Source: Candidatus Bilamarchaeaceae archaeon
GTDB taxonomy: Archaea; Micrarchaeota; Micrarchaeia; Anstonellales; Bilamarchaeaceae
Direction of reading: 5' to 3'
Assembly (NCBI GenBank): GCA_038870635.1
Contig: JAVZJR010000003.1
Span: 1-64,000 of the forward strand
DNA: 64,000 bases
The notes beneath the pieces were generated by a model. That model worked only from the letters and a program-made list of their open reading frames with translations, ran no database searches and was not told the origin of the DNA. The translations under genes were made by a program, and so were the position numbers. Each line of letters starts with the position of its first letter. Within the stretch, counting starts at the first letter, position 1. Positions 51,125 to 61,492 of the stretch are shown piece by piece.

Positions 51125-51419
51125 ATGTTTTTTTCCCACCATTTTCTATCGTAAGTTGTGCTGGTTCGCTACTTAATTCATAAATAAATTCTACTTTTTC
51201 TCCTTTTTTTATGTTCTGTCTACCGAATTTTACTTCTCCTCTTTTTTGTTTTATTTGTAGTTCAATAGATTTTATATCTTTATGAGCCTGGAATATAAAA
51301 GTAACACGATCTCCTGTAATCTCTTTTTTCCATTCATACGGTTTTTGAATAAATAACAGTATCGCAAAAATCAGGATTAAAGCTATTATAATTATAAAAA
51401 CTAATACAGTCTCGATCAT
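51114..51419 (-). CDS. Small membrane-anchored protein
   Basis: N-terminal TM, beta-rich remainder; tightly packed with neighbours. Confidence 0.7.
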   Translation of the reverse strand: MIETVLVFIIIIALILIFAILLFIQKPYEWKKEITGDRVTFIFQAHKDIKSIELQIKQKRGEVKFGRQNIKKGEKVEFIYELSSEPAQLTIENGGKKTYEV

Positions 51420-51803
51420 CTAAACAAACCCCAACCAATCTTTACCTTTTGTAGTTATTACCTGTATACCATTTTGTTTTAGTTTATTTTTTAATTTTTT
51501 GTCATTTGTACAAACGATAGCATTTTTTTCTTTTGCGTATTTTTCTACCCAGTTATCCACTCTCATGTTGGAATCAATTATTTCTAAATCCTTTCTTGAT
51601 GATAATATTTTCAATCCTAACTTTGCAGCTGCGCCGGTTTTTCCTTTGTTTTCTGCGAGTTGTTCAAGTTCTTTGATTATTCCTTTACTAATGATGTATT
51701 TGTGTTGTTCTTCAACAATCTGATCAATGAGTCGAAATATGTCTATCTTATTTTGATAAGGAAGAAGAAAAAAATTTGTGTCCACTATTACTACTCTGCT
51801 CAT
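51420..51803 (-). CDS. PIN-domain protein (Fcf1/Utp24-like)
   Basis: VIVDTNF, IKEL, VD, VCTNDKKL. Confidence 0.85.
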   Translation of the reverse strand: MSRVVIVDTNFFLLPYQNKIDIFRLIDQIVEEQHKYIISKGIIKELEQLAENKGKTGAAAKLGLKILSSRKDLEIIDSNMRVDNWVEKYAKEKNAIVCTNDKKLKNKLKQNGIQVITTKGKDWLGFV

Positions 51804-51869
51804 ATGCCTTCCTATGATAGAAAGGTTTTTAATTATCAACCTATATATTAGTCCAAAAGGTGATAATGT

Positions 51870-52121
51870 ATGGCGACTAGGTTATCAAAAATGTATAATA
51901 TGGAGATTTTTACCGACACTGGTAAATATGTCGGTAATGCACAGGATTTCATCCTTGATTTTGAAAGTGGCGAAGTTATAAGAATTCTCACAGAGAATCT
52001 TCCTTCTGCACGTGAAGATGTTAGAAAAGCATTGAGGGAAAAGAGTATAATGTATAAAAGCGTTAAATCTGTGGAAGATGTTATAGTTATTTCAAAAATA
52101 AACCCATCACCAGTTGAGTAG
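51870..52121 (+). CDS. PRC-barrel protein (CdpB-like)
   Basis: IFTDTGKYVG..DFILD..GEV, YKSVKSVEDVIVI; AGGTGA RBS. Confidence 0.85.
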   Translation: MATRLSKMYNMEIFTDTGKYVGNAQDFILDFESGEVIRILTENLPSAREDVRKALREKSIMYKSVKSVEDVIVISKINPSPVE

Positions 52122-52134
52122 ATTGGTGATTTAA

Positions 52135-52320
52135 ATGGGCGAATCTCTTCGGAAGTGGGTAGCTGTTATAGGAGGGTTGGGTATAGGAATAGGCATTACA
52201 TACCTCCTAAAAACCATAGAAGTTTTTACCATTAGCGATGAAATGTGGATTGGTTTGGGTGTTTTACTTTCTTTATGTGTCGGTGTTTCACTCTTTTTTA
52301 TGATGAAGGGCGGCGGTTAA
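52135..52320 (+). CDS. Small two-TM membrane protein
   Basis: GGTGA RBS; two hydrophobic helices. Confidence 0.7.
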   Translation: MGESLRKWVAVIGGLGIGIGITYLLKTIEVFTISDEMWIGLGVLLSLCVGVSLFFMMKGGG

Positions 52321-52842
52321 TAATTTTTTTATTTTCATTTTTAAACTCTTTTTTTCAGGTTTTACTTCGATTATTCCTTCATTTGGTTGTCCGTAAAGAA
52401 TAATATGATTTTTACCTGCCTTAAGCATAAATGCAAGAGCAGTTATGTCTTCCTCCCCGTAAATTTTCACCAATCCGCCAGTACTAAGATGTTTTTTTGC
52501 ATTTTTTAATATAAAGGTAGAGAGAGTGCCAGGTGGGTTTTTATATTTTGCCTTTATCTTACCAAACGCCGCTATTATTTTTTTCTTATCTCTAGCTTTA
52601 ATCTTTTTTCTTTTTATTCTGAAATCGCATACCGCGAGATAGGGTTTTTTGTTTATTTTTATTAAGCGAAGGGTTGTCTCATCACCGATTGCTACTATTT
52701 TTCTTTTTGTCTTTATATTTTCCACAGTCGTCTTCTTTCCAAATGGTTTTTTTAGTTGGGCCCTATTCTTACCACTAAATACTATGTACAAAAAACCGCC
52801 CGCAGGTGGATTAATCGTTAGCGTATTTTTCTGCATATTCAC
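52288..52842 (-). CDS. GTP-dependent dephospho-CoA kinase (DUF359)
   Basis: LKKPFG, IGDETT, D.RIKR, NPPGTL, GEEDI, YGQPNEG; true start probably slightly downstream. Confidence 0.85.
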   Translation of the reverse strand: MNMQKNTLTINPPAGGFLYIVFSGKNRAQLKKPFGKKTTVENIKTKRKIVAIGDETTLRLIKINKKPYLAVCDFRIKRKKIKARDKKKIIAAFGKIKAKYKNPPGTLSTFILKNAKKHLSTGGLVKIYGEEDITALAFMLKAGKNHIILYGQPNEGIIEVKPEKKSLKMKIKKLLTAALHHKKE

Positions 52843-53203
52843 CTATGTAAGGCACAAGATATTTTTCACCTTTATACGCATAAGTGAAACCTATGTATAA
52901 GCAGTATAACCACACTAAGAACCCACCTAAAAAAAGCGTAAATGGAGATATAATAAAGCCTATGATTCCTAATAAGATAGCTTGCATCGCATGAAATTTT
53001 ACATATTGTGGGTTTTTTGCTCTATCCTTTGCTATTAAAAAAACAATGAGGCCGGTAAGCCAAGTAAGAATGTATGCAATAAACGCCAAGGTATTGTCCT
53101 CATTTTTTTCTTCTGTTGTTGTTTTTTGTACCTCTTCTTTTTTTGTTTCCTCCACTTTTTCTTTTACTTCTTTTATAGTTACAGTTCCTCCCACTTGAAT
53201 CAC
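52811..53203 (-). CDS. DUF4870 membrane protein
   Basis: LAFIAYIL..TGLI, VKFHAMQA, Y.VPYIG. Confidence 0.8.
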   Translation of the reverse strand: MIQVGGTVTIKEVKEKVEETKKEEVQKTTTEEKNEDNTLAFIAYILTWLTGLIVFLIAKDRAKNPQYVKFHAMQAILLGIIGFIISPFTLFLGGFLVWLYCLYIGFTYAYKGEKYLVPYIGEYAEKYAND

Positions 53204-53255
53204 CGTTTATCTATCTTTAATAATATTTTTAAACTTCATTATATTAATCAAAACC

Positions 53256-54761
53256 ATGAATTCTGACGACATTAAGAGCCTGCACTGGTCAGAAATAATA
53301 GCAAAAAAAGTTTCAGAAAAACAAAAACCCCCCTTTGTAGTAGCTGCAGGTATAACTCCTAGTGGTCCAGTCCATCCAGGTACTTTGTGCGAATTTCTTT
53401 TTGCCTACGCAATAAGCAAACAATTGGAAAAATACGGCCAAGTGCGATATATATTTGTATCTGATGATTTTGATGATCTTGATTCTGTTCCAGAACCACT
53501 TAAAAAATACGAAAAAGTCATTCTTGAAGATATGGGGCAGCCTTTATGTATTGCACGTGATCCTGCTGGTTGTCACAAAAGCTTTGCAGATCACTTTATT
53601 GCTGAAACTAAAACTATTATGAATATTTTTGGCGTATCTTTAGAATTTCTTAGAGCAAGCGATTTATATTCGAAGGGCTATTACGATGAATACGCCAAAA
53701 TGTTATGTGAAAAAAAAGATGAAGTAAAAGAAATTGTGCGTGTAAGTTCAAATAGAGAGGAAATGCCTTCGGATTGGTTTCCTATAATTCCACTTTGTGA
53801 AAGATGCAGTAATCTCTCAAAAAATGTGATATTAGAATATCATAGCGGAGAGTATTCATATAGATGCTCCAAATGTGGTTATGCTGGAAAAGATAAAATT
53901 GAAAACCACCATTATAAGCTTCTCTTTCGTCTTGACTGGCCTACCCGGCAAAAATTTCTTAATGTTTCTGTAGAAGGTGGCAGTGTTGATCATCATAGCC
54001 CCGGAGGAACTATAAGTACTTTGATTGCGATTCATAAACAGATATATAAAGAAGAACCGCCTTTTCTCTATAAATTTGGTTTGTTGAAGTATATGGGAAA
54101 AAAATACAGCAAGAGCAAGGGCATAGGTCACACTGTTAACGAACTTCTTGAACTTTTGCCGGTAGAACTCATAAAATATATTCTTTTTAGACCCGATATA
54201 GATGAGGATAAGGAATTAGCGATTACAAAAGAAACGCTTTTTCCTTTGCTTGATGAGTTCAAGTACATCTCTTCGGTTGATAAAACCAGCAAAAACATAA
54301 CAAGGGCGGATTATAAAAAAGCAATAGCGTTTGAATTATGCGAAGCTAAAACAATATGGAAAGCTGATATAAGTGATATGGTTATTTACTATAACATTTA
54401 TGAAGACTGGGACAGAGTTGGGAAGCTTTTAGATGATGCCCAAGGTGTTAAATACTTACAACCTTATATCGATAAATGGTTAAGTAGAGGTCTTGTGCCT
54501 GACCGTTATGTATTTAAGATATCCTTAGCAGGAGAGCCATCCGCTGCAGTAAGAGAATTTTTCTTGTCTCTTGATGAAAGTATGAATGCAGAGACCATCC
54601 ATAATACTGTGTTTGTAGTTGCCCAAAAATTAGAAATAGAACCAAAACAACTTTTTAAGGAGTGTTATCAGTGGATACTTGGTAAAGAAACAGGTCCGAG
54701 ATTAGGAAAATTAATCTATGCTGTTGGTGTAAAAAAGTTTAAAGAAAATATAAAAGTGTGA
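53256..54761 (+). CDS. lysS: Class I lysine--tRNA ligase
   Basis: HW, GITPSGPVHPG, DDFD, Zn-binding CxxC pairs, KYSKSKG, GPRLG. Confidence 0.95.
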   Translation: MNSDDIKSLHWSEIIAKKVSEKQKPPFVVAAGITPSGPVHPGTLCEFLFAYAISKQLEKYGQVRYIFVSDDFDDLDSVPEPLKKYEKVILEDMGQPLCIARDPAGCHKSFADHFIAETKTIMNIFGVSLEFLRASDLYSKGYYDEYAKMLCEKKDEVKEIVRVSSNREEMPSDWFPIIPLCERCSNLSKNVILEYHSGEYSYRCSKCGYAGKDKIENHHYKLLFRLDWPTRQKFLNVSVEGGSVDHHSPGGTISTLIAIHKQIYKEEPPFLYKFGLLKYMGKKYSKSKGIGHTVNELLELLPVELIKYILFRPDIDEDKELAITKETLFPLLDEFKYISSVDKTSKNITRADYKKAIAFELCEAKTIWKADISDMVIYYNIYEDWDRVGKLLDDAQGVKYLQPYIDKWLSRGLVPDRYVFKISLAGEPSAAVREFFLSLDESMNAETIHNTVFVVAQKLEIEPKQLFKECYQWILGKETGPRLGKLIYAVGVKKFKENIKV

Positions 54762-55372
54762 TGGTTGTGGTAAGAATACTTAAATTAGGAAAGCTATCTG
54801 ATGTAATAAAAGAAGCTAAAAAAGTTGTTGAAGAAGGCGGAATAATAATCTACCCCACTGACACTGTTTATGGGATCGGAGGTGACGCTACCGAACCATC
54901 TGTTGTGAAAAAAGTAAAAGATATCAAGAAGATAACAGATGATAAGCCTTTCTCAGTTATGTTTTCTGATATTTCAATGATAGAGGAGTACTGTATTGTT
55001 GATTTTGCTACCGAGCTCATTCTTAAAAAATATCTTCCGGGTCCTTACACTTTTATACTTAAGCTCCACCGCCCAATCGCTGCCGCAAATGATCTTACAC
55101 TCGGTGTAAGAATACCTGAATTGAGTTTTTGTTATGAACTTTGTAATGCGGTTAAACGACCCATAATCACTACAAGTGCAAATATAACTGGTTTTTCCCC
55201 ACCCACAAAATTCTCAGATATTGACCCTCTGCTAATTGAAAAAGTAGATCTTGCAATAGATAGTGGGAGTACAAAATATGGAGCTCCATCCACTATAATA
55301 GATTTAGTCGAAAAAAAGATAAGACGACAAGGTGAGGCACCAATTGATCTTCAGGAGTTTCTTTCAATTTAA
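54758..55372 (+). CDS. Threonylcarbamoyl-AMP synthase (YrdC/TsaC domain only)
   Basis: YPTDTVYG, PGPYT, GVRIP, TTSAN, PSTIID. Confidence 0.9.
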   Translation: MMVVVRILKLGKLSDVIKEAKKVVEEGGIIIYPTDTVYGIGGDATEPSVVKKVKDIKKITDDKPFSVMFSDISMIEEYCIVDFATELILKKYLPGPYTFILKLHRPIAAANDLTLGVRIPELSFCYELCNAVKRPIITTSANITGFSPPTKFSDIDPLLIEKVDLAIDSGSTKYGAPSTIIDLVEKKIRRQGEAPIDLQEFLSI

Positions 55373-56122
55373 TTATATCTCGTTATATGTTAAACTATTT
55401 TTTTGACAGAACGATTTTATTTTTTCCTTTTGTCTGAGGTTTGTTTGCTCTTTAAGTAAAACTACGCCTTTTACTTTTTCCACGTTTTTCTCTACTCCTT
55501 CAAGTAACAGTTCCTCAGAAACCTCGTTTATCATATACTTAGGTAGTATATGTCCTACTGCGTGAGGTGTTGTTTGAATAAATGAAGTAAACTCTTTTGC
55601 ATAATGTCCTCCCCCGATTGCGAAAAAACTTTCATATATTTCTTTTTTTCTGACCATATATGCAGTTGCTTCTGCTACAATTTCTGCTGCTTTTTTATCT
55701 TTCCATTCATTTTCTGTGCTACCTATCTCTACGAATATAATAGGTTTTTTTATTGTAGGGCCGTGGTGGTCTGCTTCTATTACAACACTCCAATCAGTCA
55801 TTCCTTTTTCTCTTCTCAACTCTTCTGCCTTTATAATAAAATCTTTTATTCTACTTCCGTACGCAATGTTTAATTTTCGTGCTTCCCCGCCCATATCTGC
55901 ATCACCCCAATTACCTGGGTGGTGCGCTGTTATTAATTTCAGAGGATTTTTGCTCTTATGCGAACTGAGTATAACTAAATAATCACTATCTATTTCAGGT
56001 TTTTCTAAAACACTTTCTGCTCTTGTGTTCACCATTTCCACTCCCTTTGGGCAAAATGAAAATAATATTTCTGCTATGTTTTTGCTTGCAATATTTCTAC
56101 TCGTATATATAATTGCTGGCAT
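55373..56122 (-). CDS. dtdA: Archaeal D-aminoacyl-tRNA deacylase (DTD2)
   Basis: SSHKS, TAHHPGN, EADHHGPT, FVEIGS, GGGHYA. Confidence 0.9.
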   Translation of the reverse strand: MPAIIYTSRNIASKNIAEILFSFCPKGVEMVNTRAESVLEKPEIDSDYLVILSSHKSKNPLKLITAHHPGNWGDADMGGEARKLNIAYGSRIKDFIIKAEELRREKGMTDWSVVIEADHHGPTIKKPIIFVEIGSTENEWKDKKAAEIVAEATAYMVRKKEIYESFFAIGGGHYAKEFTSFIQTTPHAVGHILPKYMINEVSEELLLEGVEKNVEKVKGVVLLKEQTNLRQKEKIKSFCQKNSLTYNEI

Positions 56123-56130
56123 TTTCTCAC

Positions 56131-57165
56131 CTAAACCAGCAAAAATAGAAGTGTTAGGGCACATGCTACAGTTATATTGTCGTCAAATGGAAGAGGAAGC
56201 GATTCAACAATCGCCCCTGCTAAACCAGCTAAAAAAGCCAGTGGGCCTATGAAAAAGAAAGCAATAATAGAAGATAGAAAAAAAGAAATAAAACCTTCTA
56301 ATGTTTTATTTTTATTATAGGGTAGTTTTATTTTTCCACGTATTCCCACTAACGTTGAAAAAGCATCACCAAATCCTATTATGATTAAACCAGCAGCTAT
56401 ATAGAGCGGATTTTGTATTATGCTTATCATAAAAAGCACACCGGTTGCATAGCAAGCTGACCCCCACCCAGGAAATCTTGTACCTTCTCTTTCAAAATTC
56501 TTTATAAACCAGTCAACTAATGGATTAGTCTTTCCTAAATATGCTTGGTTAACTAAAATTAATCCTATTAAAAGTATAACGAATGTTGCGCCCATCAAAA
56601 CTCCTTTTCCATAAAAGAAAAGTATCGCAATAGCAACAATAGCCACAATCATATGAAATATCTGTCTTTTATCCTCGGTGCCCTTGTTTTTGATTTTATT
56701 TTCTTTTTTCCATAAAGAGTCAATTAAATGATATATTATCAGTGCAAGGGCCAAAGCAGCACTTATGTCTCTGAAACTATGAACTGCGAGTACCAACCTG
56801 GTTAATGATATAAAAAGTGCCAACAGTGCATACGCAATAAATGAATTTTTATTAAGAAAAGAAATCATCAATATGAAAGCAGTTAAAGCATGTAAACTTG
56901 GCAAAGAATAATCTTGCGGACAGTAATCAAGCCCAAGCGAAACGCAGGGTCTTTCAACAGCCAAAGCAATTTTAAGAGCAGTACCAATTATTACACCTAA
57001 TGCCAAGGCCAATACTATCTTTGCAATCTTTTGTGGTCTTCTTTCACCAATAACTATCGCAAGTAAAAGAAACGTAAGATAGATTATGTCATTGTCTAAA
57101 AAAGAACTCACCGATGCTAACAATCCGCTATTCATAGTATGTGCAAATTGAGTTATTATATCCAT
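56131..57165 (-). CDS. PAP2 phosphatase / dolichol-phytol kinase (CTP-dependent) fusion
   Basis: K..ERP, PSLH, TRLVLAVH..D; then RQIFH, GDAFSTLVG, KTLEG, DDNI. Confidence 0.85.
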   Translation of the reverse strand: MDIITQFAHTMNSGLLASVSSFLDNDIIYLTFLLLAIVIGERRPQKIAKIVLALALGVIIGTALKIALAVERPCVSLGLDYCPQDYSLPSLHALTAFILMISFLNKNSFIAYALLALFISLTRLVLAVHSFRDISAALALALIIYHLIDSLWKKENKIKNKGTEDKRQIFHMIVAIVAIAILFFYGKGVLMGATFVILLIGLILVNQAYLGKTNPLVDWFIKNFEREGTRFPGWGSACYATGVLFMISIIQNPLYIAAGLIIIGFGDAFSTLVGIRGKIKLPYNKNKTLEGFISFFLSSIIAFFFIGPLAFLAGLAGAIVESLPLPFDDNITVACALTLLFLLV

Positions 57166-57175
57166 CTTACCACTC

Positions 57176-58780
57176 CTAAAAATTTACAAAGGTAAAAACT
57201 AACATGCTTGCAAAAGAGAGCAACACGAAGTAGACCGCACCTCTTGACTTTCTTCCTTCAATATCTGCGACATAAAGAGAAGCGATTAAAGCATAAATAA
57301 TTAAATACGCAGGTATAAGCGAAGTTATAAAGTTTAATTTTGCTGTGGCTATTGTGCTATTCTCAATTATGAAGGTCGCTATACTGCCAATGAGTGAAAG
57401 AGAGATTTTCAATATAAATGGTATTATCAAACCACCGAATAAGATGGTGTACTTTTGCATTGACATCAAAGCCGCTCTTTCCCTTTTTATTTCAAAGTTT
57501 TTTAGTATATCCTCAGCGATGAAGTGTAGCTGTTCAACAGAATTAGTGTCGTAAGCATGTTTTATCATCATACAAACTTTTTTTAGAGCAGGCGATTCAT
57601 TTCTTTTCCAAAAATCTTCAAGCACCTTATCAGTGTTTATGTTTGTGTTTAACTGCCTTTTAGCTATGATTGCCTCTTCTGAAAGTGCTTTGTAACCACC
57701 AGACGCCATAACTTCAAATATTTTCTCAATCTTTGCTGATTTTGGTAATGCAGCGATAGAAAAAAGAGCATCAGGTAAATACTGTTCTATTTCCTCTATT
57801 CTCTTTTCTTTTTTATAGTCTTTGTATATGCTCGCCCCCATGATGATAAGACCTAATAAAACACCAACCACATTTATAATAGAGTCGTTGAGTAAGGATG
57901 AAATTATAAAAAGTCCGGCGCCTATTATAAGACCTACTGGTGGCGCGGATTTTTTTGGCATTAAAGGACTGTAAGGAACCATACTTTTGCTGAGCAAGAG
58001 AAGGGCTGCGCTTATCGCGGGAAAAACTATTAACAAAGCCAAAGCAATAGTGAGATCATCAAGAAAACTGCCACCGCTATAATTCCCCACAAGCACATAT
58101 ATTATAAAGAAAGTGGGGAGTATAGCAGTAGTCATTATAAAAAGCATTCCAAAAATAGCATTTTTAGAAGCGCTTTCTCTTAACTCATGCTGCTGGACAG
58201 CTAAGAGTTCATCGCCTATTCTTTTCATCTCAGTTCCTGAACTTCCTACTTCATACGCTGAGAGTATTTGAGCAAGTGCTCTTTTTATAGAATAAGATGA
58301 GAAAAGAGTGGCAAATCTTGAAAAAGATTTTTCAAGTGTAATCCCACGATTAACATCATTTATTATTTTTTTTATTTCTTCAGCCATTTCACTTTCTTCT
58401 TCAGCAGCCATCGCCAAGCATCTTATAAACGGTATTTTCATATTTCTGAGCATTCCAATAGTTCTTAATAGAAAAGGCATTTCAGCTTCCATTTTTTTTG
58501 TTTTTGTTTTTAACTCGAAGGAAGGCAATGAGATTAGAAAAAGAAAGATTATCAATCCACTAAAAATAGAATAGGTAAGAGCATCTGTTAATTCATTAGA
58601 TGCTGCGAGCAGCAACAATAGGATTAAGATAAAAAAAATAATTGAAACTGTAAGTGAAAGGGTAAAGTATTTGCCTGTTTTTGTTTGAGGGTAAAGCTTC
58701 TCTAAAGGTTCAAGTAATTTGCTTTTTACTTCTATTTCAGGAAAGTTTTGCGAAAGTTCAGCGAGATTTTTTAGTAGCAT
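57176..58780 (-). CDS. Type IV pilus/T2SS-F membrane platform protein (two domains)
   Basis: EAEMPFLLR and EQYLPDAL repeats; multiple TMs; overlaps the ATPase gene. Confidence 0.85.
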   Translation of the reverse strand: MLLKNLAELSQNFPEIEVKSKLLEPLEKLYPQTKTGKYFTLSLTVSIIFFILILLLLLAASNELTDALTYSIFSGLIIFLFLISLPSFELKTKTKKMEAEMPFLLRTIGMLRNMKIPFIRCLAMAAEEESEMAEEIKKIINDVNRGITLEKSFSRFATLFSSYSIKRALAQILSAYEVGSSGTEMKRIGDELLAVQQHELRESASKNAIFGMLFIMTTAILPTFFIIYVLVGNYSGGSFLDDLTIALALLIVFPAISAALLLLSKSMVPYSPLMPKKSAPPVGLIIGAGLFIISSLLNDSIINVVGVLLGLIIMGASIYKDYKKEKRIEEIEQYLPDALFSIAALPKSAKIEKIFEVMASGGYKALSEEAIIAKRQLNTNINTDKVLEDFWKRNESPALKKVCMMIKHAYDTNSVEQLHFIAEDILKNFEIKRERAALMSMQKYTILFGGLIIPFILKISLSLIGSIATFIIENSTIATAKLNFITSLIPAYLIIYALIASLYVADIEGRKSRGAVYFVLLSFASMLVFTFVNF

Positions 58781-60188
58781 TTTTAGACCTCTTTTCTTTT
58801 ATATCTGTGGCATTTTCACTAAAACTATACATCTTTTGTTGGAAGTCTTTGTAAAAGTTCACAAATTCAAGTGGGGCTTTTTCTATTATTTTAGTCCTCA
58901 ATTTCCATTCTTCAGTAAGCTCTTTACTGCTCATGTTGAAGCTCGTTGCGATTTTCTCAAAGAGTTTACTGCTTTTTTTGAATCTTAATTTTTTACTTTT
59001 GCTATCAATCACAAAAATTGTATTTATGTTTTTTCCTACTTCTGCTATCTCAGTCATTTTTCTTATTTCAACATTCTTCCTTTTTTTCTTATCGTAAACG
59101 AGCATCCTACGTTGGATTACTAAACAATCTATAGCTTCTATATCATTTTCATTTATTCCGAAGGTTTTAATTCTCTGAACCGCTTCATACGCACCCTGCG
59201 CGTGTATGGTCGCATAGCTTCCTCTCGCTTGGCCAGCGAGTAAAACATCAAAAAGTGCTTCAAATTCTATTTTATTTCTCACTTCGCCTACTATCATCCT
59301 ATCCGGTCTCATTCTCAATGTATCGTACATCAAGTCCTTTAAACTTATATTCATATCTCTATTTGCAACTAGTCGCAATTGGTGCTCGTGCGGGATGTTA
59401 ATTTCTGGTGTTTCCTCTGCTATTATCACGCGCTCGTTCCCAGGTACAAAAGAGAATAATGCGTTTAGCAAGGTTGTTTTTCCGCTTCCTGTGTTGCCAC
59501 CTATAACGACTGAGCTATCGCTTTGCATTACAAGCGAGAGAAATGCCAGTGCTTCCGTTGTTGTTGAACCAAGTGTAGCGAGTTCTTTTGGCGAGAATGG
59601 TCTTGATCTAAATTTTCTTATGGTTATTTCCCCTGCGGATATTGGCGGCAATGATGCATGAAGACGACTCCCATCGGGAAGCATTGCGTCTAATCTTGGA
59701 TTTTGAAGTGTGATATGCCTACCTAAACCCATTGCCATCTTATTAACAACATCTCCTATTGCTTTTTCACTTGTGAAACAAGCATTAACCATTTTCCATC
59801 CTTGATTTTTTACGTATACATAAGCAGGTTTGTTTATCCCAATCACACTTATCTCTTCTATATTTGGGTCTTTTAACAAATTTTCTATGAATGCAAAACC
59901 ATAAACGTGCAGATAAGCGAATTCTGTAAGGTACTCCATCTGGTCTGTGTCTAATACTATTCCATTTTCTTCTGCAATTACTGTTAAAAGGTTTTTTATA
60001 AAATCTTTACTTTCCTCAGGTGTGCTAATATCTTTTGCGCGTACTGCTTCCCTGAATCTCTCCTCAATATTAAATATCATCTGTTCTTCCTCTTGACTAA
60101 GACGGGGAAGAGGAAGTTTGTACTCACCCTCACTCAATATTTTCCAACCTAGCATTAAATTTCTATAGGAAGTAAGATTTTTTAACAT
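58758..60188 (-). CDS. Type IV pilus assembly ATPase (VirB11/CpaF family)
   Basis: LPDGSR, TIRKF, GNTGSGKTT, EETPE, LRMRPDR..VGEVR, TIHA. Confidence 0.93.
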   Translation of the reverse strand: MLKNLTSYRNLMLGWKILSEGEYKLPLPRLSQEEEQMIFNIEERFREAVRAKDISTPEESKDFIKNLLTVIAEENGIVLDTDQMEYLTEFAYLHVYGFAFIENLLKDPNIEEISVIGINKPAYVYVKNQGWKMVNACFTSEKAIGDVVNKMAMGLGRHITLQNPRLDAMLPDGSRLHASLPPISAGEITIRKFRSRPFSPKELATLGSTTTEALAFLSLVMQSDSSVVIGGNTGSGKTTLLNALFSFVPGNERVIIAEETPEINIPHEHQLRLVANRDMNISLKDLMYDTLRMRPDRMIVGEVRNKIEFEALFDVLLAGQARGSYATIHAQGAYEAVQRIKTFGINENDIEAIDCLVIQRRMLVYDKKKRKNVEIRKMTEIAEVGKNINTIFVIDSKSKKLRFKKSSKLFEKIATSFNMSSKELTEEWKLRTKIIEKAPLEFVNFYKDFQQKMYSFSENATDIKEKRSKNATKKSR

Positions 60189-60238
60189 AATATTAGAAAT
60201 GTATTGTTAATATTCTATACCAAATTAGCGGTGATTTT

Positions 60239-61492
60239 ATGAACAACTCTGAAAAATTTTTAGTCTTAATTGCACTAGTGCTTTTTGCAATAGCGATTTT
60301 TTTACCATCTACAACTCATCCAACAAATCAAACTAAAGAAAATTCTACTTTGATTAAAGGAAAGGAAATAATCTATAACGCAATAAATTTTGGTTATAAT
60401 AAGTCTGAGTATTATTATGTTTTTTCTGAAAATGTGAATGGCTACGAGCAAGTATATACGCTTATGAAAAATGTTAATGGTGAATATGTTAAGATAGATG
60501 ATAAAATTGGTACTAAAGAAATTTATTTTGTGGGAGGCAAGTCATTTCTTTGTGTGCAATATTTAGATGAAATTAAATGCTCAGAAACTACTAATCTAAA
60601 CGAAACCCCACTTATTAGGTACTATGCCTCTCTTAAGTCTAAATTTTTCAATAACAACCAGATAGAAAAAGAGAGAACTATGTTTGATGAATTTTTTTCT
60701 AAAGGTTATGTGGTAATAAAAAAAGTTGAAGAAACTACAAAGTATGGTAAAAAATGCATAGCGGTTAATTATGTAATAGACTACACTAACATGAGTGTTA
60801 GTGATGCTACAAAATATGGCATTTCTCTTGATATACCTAAGTATTTTGAGTGGTCAATATGCGAAGCAGATGGCATTCCCTTCTACAAAGAATTTACTTA
60901 TTCTCATAAAGGTGTCGAATACAAAAATGAGTTTTTAATAAAGGAATTTGGAAAACCAAGTCAAATAATTGTCCCTGAAAATCTTACTGATGATGCATAC
61001 TCTCTTTTAGTTACTGAAATGCAGGTTCAAAATACTTTTGCTGAATGTTTCACCAAAACCTCAAAACAAGATAAGGAGAAATGCATCTCTTTGTTTGCTT
61101 TTAAAATTGCAAACCCATCCTTCTGCCTTTTAGCAGGCGATGAATCTGACCGATGCATCGTGCGTTTAATTCCTTATATAAAAGATGAAAGTTGGTGCCA
61201 AAAAGTACAGGATAGCGATTTCAAGGATGATTGTTTTATAGAAGTTGCTGGAGCTCTAAAGAATTCATCGTATTGTCAAAATATAACTAATGCTAAAAAG
61301 ATTGAATTTTGCATGAATGTCTCTGTTCAAAACCAATCTGTAAAAGTTGAGGAAGAAGGACACTCTAATGAAAATCAATCTCAATCCAACTCTTCAATAA
61401 ACACTTCTAAGACTAACTCTTCTGATCATCCAGAAATAATAAAAAGGATTTTAGATGAAATAGAGAATTCAAGTAAAAGTGAAGAGAAATGA
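60239..61492 (+). CDS. Membrane-anchored extracellular protein with Cys-rich helical repeats
   Basis: N-terminal TM; many N-x-S/T sequons; repeated C..I....K..C units. Confidence 0.8.
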   Translation: MNNSEKFLVLIALVLFAIAIFLPSTTHPTNQTKENSTLIKGKEIIYNAINFGYNKSEYYYVFSENVNGYEQVYTLMKNVNGEYVKIDDKIGTKEIYFVGGKSFLCVQYLDEIKCSETTNLNETPLIRYYASLKSKFFNNNQIEKERTMFDEFFSKGYVVIKKVEETTKYGKKCIAVNYVIDYTNMSVSDATKYGISLDIPKYFEWSICEADGIPFYKEFTYSHKGVEYKNEFLIKEFGKPSQIIVPENLTDDAYSLLVTEMQVQNTFAECFTKTSKQDKEKCISLFAFKIANPSFCLLAGDESDRCIVRLIPYIKDESWCQKVQDSDFKDDCFIEVAGALKNSSYCQNITNAKKIEFCMNVSVQNQSVKVEEEGHSNENQSQSNSSINTSKTNSSDHPEIIKRILDEIENSSKSEEK

